This document shows, piece by piece, positions 9,541-20,000 of a stretch of 20,000 bases of DNA (positions within the stretch are counted from its first letter, which is position 1; each line of letters starts with the position of its first letter). A program made the translations under genes and the position numbers. This DNA comes from Atractiella rhizophila (lineage: Eukaryota). The stretch covers positions 59,098 to 79,097 of the forward strand of contig MU271375.1 in NCBI GenBank assembly GCA_021432655.1, given 5' to 3'. The notes beneath the pieces were generated by a model. It did no database searches, was not told the origin of the DNA, and saw nothing but the letters and a program-made list of their open reading frames with translations.

Positions 9541-11913
9541 GATGAGATGATTTGATGGGCGGACGAATCGGGAGAGATGAGCTAGAAGAGGTTCTTATAC
9601 CAATGACCGTATTCGTGCCACAACGAACACCAACCAAAAGTTTCCTGACCGTTCTGAGATCTCACGACACTGAAAAGCTTCCGCAATTTTACAAAGCTAC
9701 CGATCGTGTGGGCACGAAGGAATAGATAAGTTTGAAAGTTGATCAATGCCAGATGCAATTATTCCGTCTATTACCGTCCTTCAGTGCGATTGCACAGGAA
9801 TGCAAACAGCAGTAAAACAAAGAGGACCAGAATCACAGCTATGCAGCGTGGTTCCCTCACGCTCCCAGGTCCCCTTCTTTCTCAGGGCATCGGACCAGGA
9901 AAGGTAATAAGCATGAGAACATCGATCAAGAAAGGCATTCCAAGATGGCCTCCAACCCACAAACACTATTTAAAACTCAGTTTCAAGCTCGCAAGCTTCG
10001 ATATTCTGAACTTCTGGGGTCCAGTTTAGCCACAAACGGTTGAGGCAAGCTAGAGCGGAGTTGGAACCTAAGTTGGAACGCTTGGAAGGGAGAGACTAGA
10101 TTAACGCGATTGATAAAGTAATGGAGCACGAGCATGTACCAAGTGATCGCTCCGTGACACCTCCTCTCTCCGTGATAACCTTGGGTGGGTTATCATGCAT
10201 ACCATGAATCATTCATGTCATTTGTTGACTGACAGGGACTTCAACCGGCCTGATTTGAGCAACAACAGTCTTCCTTTTGCTGCCGTTATGATCAGCTCCT
10301 TCTCCGTCAATATTACACGAAAAACTGCCAACCTCCGTGCTTCTGAAACTGACTCAAACGCAATAACGCCTCCTGTTTGGCCGCCTAGCGCCAAAGCCTG
10401 GCGTGAGGTGGCAGTCCTCGTGCTCAAGAACGGAACATGGAAGATAATTCAGCAACTTCACGTGTCAAAAACGACAAACAGATGGATGGACGCGTTCAAG
10501 AAAAGAACGAGTTTGTAACACGAAAATTGGAGCGATCCGCCTTCTTCAGGCTATCTCAACACACGTCAAGCAAGGTCAACATCGAGATATCGATCCTTGA
10601 TATGGTAACAGGTTCCTTCAGTGTTGGAATCTTACGCGGCAAACTCAATGGCTGCTTGATGCGCAGAATAATTCGAGTTGCACTCGCCACCATTACAAAG
10701 AAGGTAGCTGATGCCAACAATTAAACCCAAACGCCCCTGTTGAAACCTGCAAACGTGCTTTCCACGGCAAGTTGCCATCGTTCCTCATTCAAACTCGATT
10801 CGTGATGTTCGAACAGATACACCTTGTTAGAGCCCACCTCAAAGGAGGCCTGATGGTAGAAATGTAAAATCAATTCGCATTGAGCTTCCTTCATCCCCTC
10901 GAATGATTGGAAGCACTATCATTGTGGGCACAAACCCTCAAACCTGCTCAAAAAGCTCGCTTCTAGCATTCTTCTCCTTTCACCTCCCGAACTCGTTCGG
11001 AACCAGAAGGGCTCACCCAAAATCCAAACGGCATGTTACGCCTAATCAAATTCTGTTTGTGTCTCGCTCCTCGCATCACTACTTCCAACGCTCCTCGAAC
11101 TCGGCTTGAAGCGAACATCTCGCGGCCAGGCAGAATTTGAAGTGGCAAAACTCTTCCTAAATGTTTTGGTGCCGTTTGACCCATCCCGTTCCATTGTCAT
11201 CATAGAGACGAGACAGCAATTGAGAGCTGCGAGGAGGGCAGCGAGGCAACCTTGGCTGAACGGCAGAACCCCAAGAACTTGTTTTGTTGACAGGGGTTGA
11301 AGTGAATAAAGTTTCGCCGCAAACAAATAGCTTATTAGAGTTTGGACGAGATCCAGATCCATTCGTACGGTTCAGCAAAACCAGTAACCAGCGACAGAGC
11401 AAACCCAGTTGGAACCAGCGGTAGAGCTCACACGTTCACGGTTGGAGTTAGAACAAGTTGGTAGGTTGATGGGCATCGGTGTATCTGGAGGCGTTGACTG
11501 ATGGCAGAGGCATAACTAAGCGCACCTTTCTTCTTCGTCGGAATCAATCAATTCTTTCCACAATGAAGCAGACACTTCTGGTGACAGATAGACTACCGTG
11601 CAAGAGGATTCCATCAATGACCATGAATTTCACGTTCGACTTTGCATAGCCAGGAGAAGCAAAACAAGCAAGTCACTCGAACCGAAAGAACTGACGGAGA
11701 AGCTAAGTGCGAATGAATTGGTGAAAGCAGACGGACACGGATAAAGGTAAAGATTATACAGCTGAAGAAAGAAGAGCTTGGAGTTTCCTCCATTTTGAAC
11801 CACTAGATGAACCAAGAGCCTAAGTACAATAGGACAGAGGAGAGCGGTCATGTCACTATCAGGCCGAGCTCAGAAAAATCCTACAGCAGTCCATCAGTTC
11901 AACGAATACATGC

Positions 11914-14900
11914 CTAGAAAGTTGGAGATGAAGACCTACTGTCGCTAAAGTGACTGTCACCAGTCTTATAGGTGTCCTTCCTAGACTCGCCTAAGCCCTG
12001 ACCCCCCATTCCTGCAGCACCACCACCAATGCCTCTCAAGCTTTGCTGGCTAGCAACGCCCGCGCCGACGCCTCCTAAGCCTGCGCTTCCCGGCGCTTGA
12101 CCGCCACCAACAGCTTCATAACCACCGTAACCCATGCTAGCCATGCCGTAAGGATATCCAGCACCACTCTGGCCTCTGAAACCAGCGCCACCGACGCCAG
12201 CGGTACCCAATCCACCAGCACCTCCTACGCCTTGACCACCGTACCCATTCCTTCCAACCCCACCAGCTTGTTGGGCGGCGGCTTGCTGCATCTGTTGCTG
12301 AGGAACCATGGGGTAGTAACCGGGAGTGACACCGTAAGGTTGAGCATAAGAAGGAGGAGCCGACATTCCATGGGTGGGATAAGTGGATGGGAAGGCCTGG
12401 TACTGATAGTATGGGTAGTAGATTGGCGCGTTCGGGAAACCCTGAGGCTGCTGAGCGGCTGAGGGAGCTTGAGAAGCGCTGGAGGCACCGGTTGCGGAGG
12501 AAGAGGAAGCACCTTTTGAAGGATCGTCGTGAAGACTGGTGGGCAGAGGAGAACGATTCTGGAAGCTGAGTTGAGCGAGTTGCTGTTGTGTGTATCCGTC
12601 GTAGAAGCCCATATTTCGCAGTGCTTCCTGTCCGTAAACCGACCCGTATTCAGCAGAAGACGTATTCAGACCTGCAGCACCGAGACCAGTAGAACCGAAG
12701 ACTCCTCCGCTCGCACCGAAAGGAGCGTGCGTCTGCTGCTGTGCATAACTAGATGGTGCAGTCGAGACGCTAGCAGGTGTATTTGCAGAAGCAGTCGACT
12801 GAGACACGCTTCCTGGTTGCTGTTGACTTGACGATTGAAAGTAATTTGATCCGAGAACATCCTTATTCGTAGCGGTATTAGCAAAGTTCTGGTACTGAGA
12901 TGAGAGCGACGACGGTTGCTCCTCAACTTGAGACTGTTGCGGTTGGCCATGTTGATTGTTCTGCAATCCGAAGGAACCATTGGAAGTACCGCTAGTTGAG
13001 AACATCTGATATCGGTTTCCGAACGGCGAGTTGCTGGAGACTTGTTGGGAGGGATTGGAGACCTGTTGAGCGGGATGAGAGAGGACAGAAAGAGCGGCTG
13101 CGGCTTGTTGCTGTTGCTGGAGGGACGAGGACTGCTGTTGTTGTGAATGCTGTTGTTGAGAATGAAGGGACGGATGCTGCGATGAGAGTTGCGACTGTTG
13201 GAGGAGCTTATCGGAGATGGAGGGTTGGTGGAGCGTATCATGAGATGGGAGAGAAGACGTGGGTGTGATTTGAGAGTGAGGAAGACGAGATTCGACGGCT
13301 GGGAGATGCGAAGCTTGCTGCTGTATCGGAAGCTGCGTCTGAGCTGGGCGGACGACCTCAACCTGAGGCTCCGGCTCGCGTTGAGTAGGAAGACTATAAA
13401 TATAAAACACTTGAGCCAATGAAGAGAGAAAAGGTAAGTTGCGCACGGCTGTTCCAGTGGTTTAACAGGCTCCTCCTTTCGAATTGGAGGAGGCAGCTCC
13501 TCTTTAACTTGACCATCGCCAAACAGATTCAAACTGCCGAACTGGACGCCAACTCGTTCAAGTCCTGGAGTTCTGTCACCACCTGGCATCACCACCGCAT
13601 CTTCTTGATGTTTCATCCTAGAGCTTGCCCTCTTGCTAAATCCTGGTGGATGAGACGAAAGGTTATTGGCCACCGATCCAGGCGTCGAAGGCGTAGGTGT
13701 CGGTTGCTGAACTGGGGGAACAGGTTGAGGAAGCTGGACTTCCGGTTGGACCACCAGAGCGGGCTCCTTCGGCGCTGGAGAGATGGAAGTGACCTCGATA
13801 GGACCAGCAGGATCAGCAGTAGCCTCTGGAAGCTGAGAGGGTGTCAAGTGTCCAGGTGCGACTTCATCGTGGTGATTGACGGCCAGAACAGTCTCTGCCC
13901 ATCCTTCTCCCACACCGAGGGCTGGAGTTTGGATATGTTGCGTATCCGCCCAAGGATCAGGTTGGGGTTGGGTCGTCTGAATCTGTGTCGACGGTCCCCA
14001 TGGATCATTATCGACGATAGGTTCGGATGGGGCAGCAGCAGCCCATGTATCCACGACTGCAACTTCGGGAACGGAGGGTTGTTCGACGGTCGGAACCTCT
14101 GCAACAGGTTCTGGTTCAGGAGCGGCGGGTGGTGGCGGTGGCTGCGGCGTTGGAGGCGGTTTCGGCCTGCTATAAGAGTCAATGACTGCTTTGAAAGGAC
14201 ATGAAGATTTACTTTGCGATCTGAGCCCAAGAGATAGTAGCTCCCTTCGGGATCGTCTTGAACTTTGCCGTCCCGTTCGCGTTGGGCTTCCCTTCTCCAG
14301 CACTTGTCGTGACAGTAGTAGATTCAGATTCGTTCCATGCTCCTCCGCCTACTTCTGTTGCCTTGGCTGTTGGAGCGGTAGAATCCCAACCGGCGCCGTC
14401 GCCCGTTGTCGGTGGAGGAGTAGCAGTAGCACCAACACCCTCTCCCCATCCTGCTGAAGACTCAACTGGTGGTTCAGGTGCGTCAGCGACAGCATCCCCT
14501 GCCCAGCCTCCATTAACTTCGGAACTGGCTTCACCATTTGGAGTTCCAGGAGCTGCAGAGGATGTCTCGCCCCACGCGCCGCCGTCCACAGCTGCGAGGT
14601 CCTGCGACGGGGTAGCGGAGTGACTGGCCGATCCATTCTCGCGTCCTCTTCCTCGACCGCGACCGCCGCCTCTTCCTCCACGAAATCCATCCGTTGCTAC
14701 GCGGAAAACGTCTTCCTGGTGCACGAGAGAGCGAGAAAGAGAAGACGCACCTCCACCCCTGCCACGTCCTCTCCCTTCAAACCCTCCTCGTCCGCCCCTT
14801 GAACCTCCGCGTCCTCTGCCTCTACCGGACTCCGAAAACCCTCCAGATAGATCGTTGAAGGAATCCGAGGGTAAAGCACTAGAGTTCGCGTCCTTCTTAG

Positions 14901-15308
14901 GTTTCTTCGTTTTGGCAGACGACCATTGCTGAGCATGACCTTCCAGCCGGAACATACGTCACCATCCCCACCTTTGATGCCGAAAAATTCGAAGGAGTAC
15001 ATACCTTCACTAATCCTAGCTATGGCGAGTTCCAAATCACCCCCCGCCTCCTGAAGCACGAAGAGCAAATCCTCCTCCGACCAGTTGGGGAAGAATTCCT
15101 TGACGGTGTTCAATTTTTCTCCTGCATATTTAGCACGGAGAGCTTTCAACTCGGGTGTCTCATCGCTTTCTCCGGCAGAGGATGCCCAGATGTTGGGAGA
15201 ATGGTTGTGGAGCGATTCGCTCTTGTTACGGTTGTGGGCGTGGGCGTTTAAGTGTGCTCCTGCTCGTCCTACGCGTCCCCCGCGAAAGCCTCGTCGCACT
15301 TCTGACAT
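11914..15308 (-). CDS. DEF1: Def1/UBAP2L-like protein: N-terminal CUE/UBA-like domain, RGG boxes, conserved VVMPG..VQFGSL motif, Q/S/G/Y-rich low-complexity C-terminus
   Basis: Exons 15308-15005, 14939-14751, 14696-14213, 14166-13447, 13393-11914. The 3' end may instead use a further intron to stop at ~11870. CUE-like segment KLNTVKEFFPNWSEEDLLFVLQEAGGDLELAIARISEGHAQQW, RGRGRGG repeats, ISWAQIAK, DAVVMPGG...VGVQFGSLNL and polyQ tracts. Confidence 0.82.
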
Positions 15309-15722
15309 GGTTGGAGTGGCTGAAAGTAAGAGTTTGGGTGTGAAAGAGCCTGAAAAGAAAGCCCGTCGTCGTTTGTTCAATTTTCGCAGTGCCTCATTCA
15401 GTCATCAATGCGCTTCAATGCGACTAGTATTGGCGCTAGTTTTACGAGATATGGCTTAGTGTGATTCCTTAAGATATCTACTCACAATCTCAGTCATTTG
15501 ATAGCAACAACGAAAGGGCAACGATAGTGCTTTCGATACAGCAGAAGCTGTGGCATCCTGTACATAGCTCTACCGACGTAAGCCTCCTTTGTCTTGGCTG
15601 CGAGCTCACTCATGGCATTGTCTTTGTTCCGTAGCTTGTTTATATGCCTACATCCCCTACCCCGCTCTTTCGTCCCCTAACGTGTATTCTACGCTCATTT
15701 TTAGTCTCGTGAACGCGCTCAA

Positions 15723-18700
15723 ATGTACGAAAACACGCGCCTCCCCTTTTCCATGCTCGCCAGTCTGGTAACCCGACTCTTCGAAGTTTCACCGTCGAAA
15801 GCCGTCAAAAACAAGGAAGAGGTCCCTGGCAAGCAGAAGAAGCTGATTTTTAACGAATGGGTCGGGAAAGTGTGCGACGAACTTAAGAAGGAGCGGTGTG
15901 ATGATGAGGAGATTGGGAAGGTAGGCGAGATTGTGTTGAAGTTGTTATGGCCCGATGAAAGTCCAGACAGATTGGTGTGAGTAGTTCTTACCACGGCTGT
16001 GATGGAACGGCTGTGCTATTTTGATTTGGAGAAATTTTGTTCTATTTCATGGTTGCGCTCAAGGAAGCGAGAGAACTCTGGTTGAGTAGACTGTGACAAC
16101 GTAGCCTCTCATCTGTGACATCTTCCTTCAAGTCAAGCCATGCTATCATTCCAAAGCACCGAGCCCTGAATGTCTATCTGGCATTGAATTTCTACCTTCA
16201 ACCGTCTGTAAACACTGATTGTACATTTCAGCTACGGCCTCAAAGAGCATAGCTTGATCGATAAACTTTCTCGGCATGTTTACGACATCAGTGACCAGCA
16301 GCTTCACATCTTGAAGAATTGGACCAAACCAGAGCTCAGCCACGGTCTGAAACCTCTTCGTGCCGTTCACAAGGATCAAAGGATCGTAGTTCCGCCTTGT
16401 CTTGGTGGGCACATCTGGCGGATCCTTGAGCACAACAAATACACTCCAAGGCAAGCTCCTCTGAGCTTGGTCGATGCGTATACTCTCCTGGTGGAGCTTG
16501 CGAGTCGGTGTGCGTGGACTCAAATCGCTGGGCAAGATGTGAAAACGTCCGATCGTTCCAGGAGAAGAGAGCAAGAAATACTCCAAGACCTGTTTCGTCC
16601 TCTGTCAGCAGCTGAAGCCGCGGTTATGACACAAATCCTCCTTAAAAATACGAAACCTTTGCTTAATCGTGTACACGGCAATGGTTCTGTCGCTCTTAGG
16701 CAGTACAACGCGAACTCCACCGCTGCATTGACACGCGACGAAGCAGCTGACATTTGGAGACTTGTGGTGTATGAAAAGACAGGGAAGTGGAGAGAACATG
16801 TTCGGACGCCAATATCAGTTGGAAAGTTCGTTCCGGTACGTTCCTCCTACTTCTCGTAATATTAGGACATTCAGAGCTAACAGAAATACGCAGATTGCGA
16901 AGTGCCGAAAAGGCAGTGGGCAGCTCCTTCATTCTCTCACGGCTGAACTATCTGGACTCGTGCGCGTCGAGCGAAAGTATGATGGAGAATTGTTTGAGTT
17001 TTTCCGTGCAGAGAAATTGGTCTCAAGGATTTATCTACAGTATGCAAATCCACCTCGACCGCGCCAATGCACTTCATCCCGTCACCATCTTTTCGAAGTC
17101 CGAGCGAAATTCAACCGAAGCCAGGGATCGAAGATGCACACATGAGTGAGCAGTTTCTGATTTTGGCATCGAGGTGCTTACGACACATGAACCACAAAGC
17201 ACTATTCTCAAGGCAGTGCGTAGCTGGGTGGTGGATGCGGTCCTTCTGGCCGAAATGGTCCCTTATAACACCACGGAAGACTGTATTGGCGAATTTTGGG
17301 AGATACGCAAGTTCAAGCCTGCCTTTCTCGATCCAAGGTACGCTGCTTCCTGACAACAGAAAGTTAATGCTGATGAAATCCACAGTAAGAAACGGAAACG
17401 GCAGAAAGATGAAGATGAAGACACTCAGTCTACTCGATCTGGTCAGGCTTTGGAACGTCCGCCGACTTCACCAATTAGTGATAAATCGGAAGGGGACATA
17501 CAACTTGCAGTTGTTTTCTTTGACATCTTGTTCGTGGACGGCAAGGACCTCTCACGCCTCCCGTGGACCGACAGAAGGGAGTACCTCCAAAGTATCATCC
17601 ACCCTCAACATGGGCAGGTGTGTCATTTGAACCCTCTTTTCAGCTTGCGTTACTCATTCACATATAGAGCTTGCTTGCTAAAGGTTGCACGGTAGACTTT
17701 GATGACCCTTCCTGCGTCATGAAGGTTTGTCATTCTTCCCCGTCCCTTAAAATACTTATATCCCAACAGCAACTGATCCCTTATTATGCTGCACAAATCG
17801 CTCAGAAACAAGGTACCTGCGTCGATGTCATTTCAACTTTCTCATACTAACCATTCATCAGAGGGCATTGTTCTCAAACCGTGTGATTCCGGGTATAATG
17901 ACTCACGTTGGGGGAGGAGGTGGATCAAGGTCAAGAGAGACTTCATTCCTGGCCTCGGAGACACCCTCGACTTCGCAATATTGGGCGGAAAGTTTAACCC
18001 AGAAAGAGGAGCGGAACTCGGCGTGGCAGCAAACATCCTCACCACCTTCTACGTCGGAGTCCTCGCCGATCGTAGGAACTGGCCAACAGTAAGTGAATTC
18101 CACTTTTGTTTATTCTTACCAACACTCTTTCTACAGGACAAACCTCATTTTCTCATTCTCTTCACTGTGGAATTTTTCAATATTCTCGATGCACGAGGCA
18201 GAAAGATGAAGATGAAGACACTCAGTCTACTCGATCTGGTCAGGCTTTGGAACGTCCGCCGACTTCACCAATTAGTGATAAATCGGAAGGGGACATACAA
18301 CTTGCAGTTGTTTTCTTCGACATCTTGTTCTTGGACGGCAAGGACCTCTCACGCCTCCCGTGGACCGACAGAAGGGAGTACCTCGAAAGTATCATCCACC
18401 CTCAACATGGGCAGGTGTGTCATTGAACCCTCCTTTAGCTTGCGTTGCTCATTCAGATACAGAGCTTGCTTGCTAAAGGTTGCACCGTAGACTTTGATGA
18501 GCCTTACTGCGTCATGAAGGTTTGTCATTCTTCTCCGTCCTTTAAAATACTCATATCCCACTAGCAACTGATCCCTTATTATGCTGCACAAATTGCTCAG
18601 AAACAAGGTACCTGCGTCGATGTCATTGCAATTTCGCCATAACTAACCATTCATCAGAGGGCATTGTTCTCAAACCGTGTGATTCCGGGTATAACGACTC

Positions 18701-20000
18701 ACGATGGGGGAGGAGGTGGATCAAGGTTAAGAGAGACTTCATTCCTGGTCTTGGAGACACGCTCGACTTCGCAATATTGGGCGGAAAGTTTAACCCAGAA
18801 AGAGGAGCGGAACTCGGCGTGGGGGCAAACATCCTCACCACCTTCTACGTCGGAGTCCTCGCCGATCGTAGGAACTGGCCAACGGTAGGTGATTTTCACT
18901 TTTGTTTGTTCTTGCCAACACTCTTTCTGTAGGACAAACCTCATTTTCTCATTCTCTTCACTGTGGAATTTTTCAATATTCTCGATGCACGCGGTGCGTT
19001 GGATATGGCGAACGATCTCGTAGAACCTCTCAAGGTCCCTTATCCGGTAAGTCAATCCATTCCTGTATTAGACGTTCCTTGACGGGACATATAGAGCAAC
19101 TCGATGCAACTTGATTACACTTTTACCTTGGACAGCGAATTGTCCGGACCTGTAAATCGACCTGTGTACCTCTTTAGCAGTCCTCAGCTATGGGAGTTGA
19201 TGGGGGCGGGTTTCCAGCGGAAGTCGGAGTCGCATTGTGTAGATTTTCCTTTCTGGGACTCTACTTCGATGCTGATAAGCTTACTAGTATGAACTTCGCT
19301 GGCCTCGCGTTACCAAGATTCACAACGAAACTGACCGACATTGGATCGACTCAGCTATGACCATGTCCGAGTTGGAGCGCATTGGGAAGAACGCCATGAG
19401 GAGATCGCACGCAGATGAGTTCATGTCCCGGCTTTTCGATGGAGCGTCGCCACCGTCACTTCAAGGCTCTCCAAAAGCATTACGGAAGGACAAGGAGATC
19501 TGGACGCAGGTCTTGATGCAAACAGAGGAAGGCAATAGGGGGAAGTATGCCTATAACAAGCAGAAGAGGAAGATGGAATGGACCGATAAAGATGGGAATA
19601 CGGTAGAGGGCGAGAAAGACTCTATCGTAAGGACATTTTCAAGTCCTGCGATCCTCCTCTCGCCATCAGTCAGGCGTCCCAGAGCCCAGCTTCCAACTAT
19701 TTCACTGCTTCAAACTCCACGCAACGCGTTGTCGCCGGCAATGCACTCTTCTCCCAATGTCTCTTCTCCAACAAGGCGACTTCCTGTGCCACTGCCACAA
19801 AGCTCAATCCTCAGAACTCCAGTACGATTGCGACAGGAAGACAGCCCTCCGCCTCGAAAACGCCCGAAAGTCTCCGCCGTTATGCACGTCCTCTCAAACC
19901 AGACCAGATCATGGCGTCCATGTCGCAAAGCCTACGAAGAGTCTGAATTTAGGATACCACCATTGGACAATCCTCGCAATCCCCAATCATCAATTCCTTC
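15723..20000 (+). CDS. ATP-dependent DNA ligase-like protein (fungal ligase-like/Lig4-related), interrupted by an internal tandem duplication; 3' end outside window
   Basis: Exons 15723-15976, 16232-16835, 16894-16991, 17041-17145, 17200-17337, 17386-17617, 17668-17724, 17770-17812, 17862-18088, [duplicated block], 18933-19046, 19095-19238, 19288->20000. Motifs: DRLVYGLKE; I ERKYDGEFMQIH; IFSKSERNST; III VLLAEMV; IIIa VFFDILFVDG; IV EGIVLKP; V WIKVKRDFIPGLGDTLDFAILGG; VI ELMGAGF...YELRWPRVTKIH; NLS-like PRKRPKV. Confidence 0.88.
15993..16205 (+). other. Candidate structured RNA element inside the 255-nt first intron of the ligase gene
   Basis: Collinear nested complementary pairs found by eye: acgg..tga.tggaa/ttcta..tca.ccgt, ggct-gtgct/agcac..agcc, ttgga/tccaa, catggtt/agccatg, aaggaag/cttcctt, gagag/ctctc, plus side hairpins. 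G-U pairs favour the sense strand. Confidence 0.45.
17400..18991 (+). repeat. Direct tandem duplication, unit ~797 bp (17400-18195 and 18197-18991), covering four introns and the exons for ligase motifs IIIa-V
   Basis: Both copies start ggcagaaagatgaagatgaagacactcag and end gaatttttcaatattctcgatgcacg. They differ by scattered substitutions and small intronic indels. Confidence 0.97.

Noticed and set aside
12097..14623. Long plus-strand ORFs (e.g. 13419-14204, 14258-14623, 12097-12462)
   Set aside because: Antisense shadows of the low-complexity Def1-like coding exons with no recognisable motifs.
16114..16150. Minus-strand ATAGCATGGC...AAGGA resembling U6 snRNA
   Set aside because: Lacks the ACAGAGA box and flanking U6 sequence; short chance similarity.
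16025..16195. RNase P/MRP, U3 or SRP identity for the structured intron (AGAGA and TGTGA resemble CR-II/CR-III)
   Set aside because: No convincing CR-IV/CR-V or P8/P9 helices, no U3 box A/A', and no SRP helix-8 motif.

Overview
Gene-dense eukaryotic DNA with short (mostly 43-65 nt) spliceosomal introns; the gene content and intron style indicate a fungus, probably a basidiomycete (inference). Eight spliced protein-coding genes were reconstructed by hand: mitochondrial ornithine carbamoyltransferase (3' end cut off at the window start), ESCRT-III regulator Ist1, SEL1-repeat chitin synthase activator (Chs4/Skt5-like), ATP synthase subunit e, a type I membrane protein with a CBM4/9-like ectodomain, a small Zn2Cys6 transcription factor, a Def1/UBAP2L-like CUE/RGG/Q-rich protein, and an ATP-dependent DNA ligase-like gene (open at the window end). 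The ligase locus holds the most unusual signals. It has a diverged ~797-bp internal tandem duplication of a multi-exon block that frameshifts the gene unless splicing jumps between copies, although a haplotype mis-assembly is also possible. It also has a single oversized 255-nt intron that appears to fold into a nested multi-helix RNA structure. All family assignments come from recognised motifs; no searches were run.
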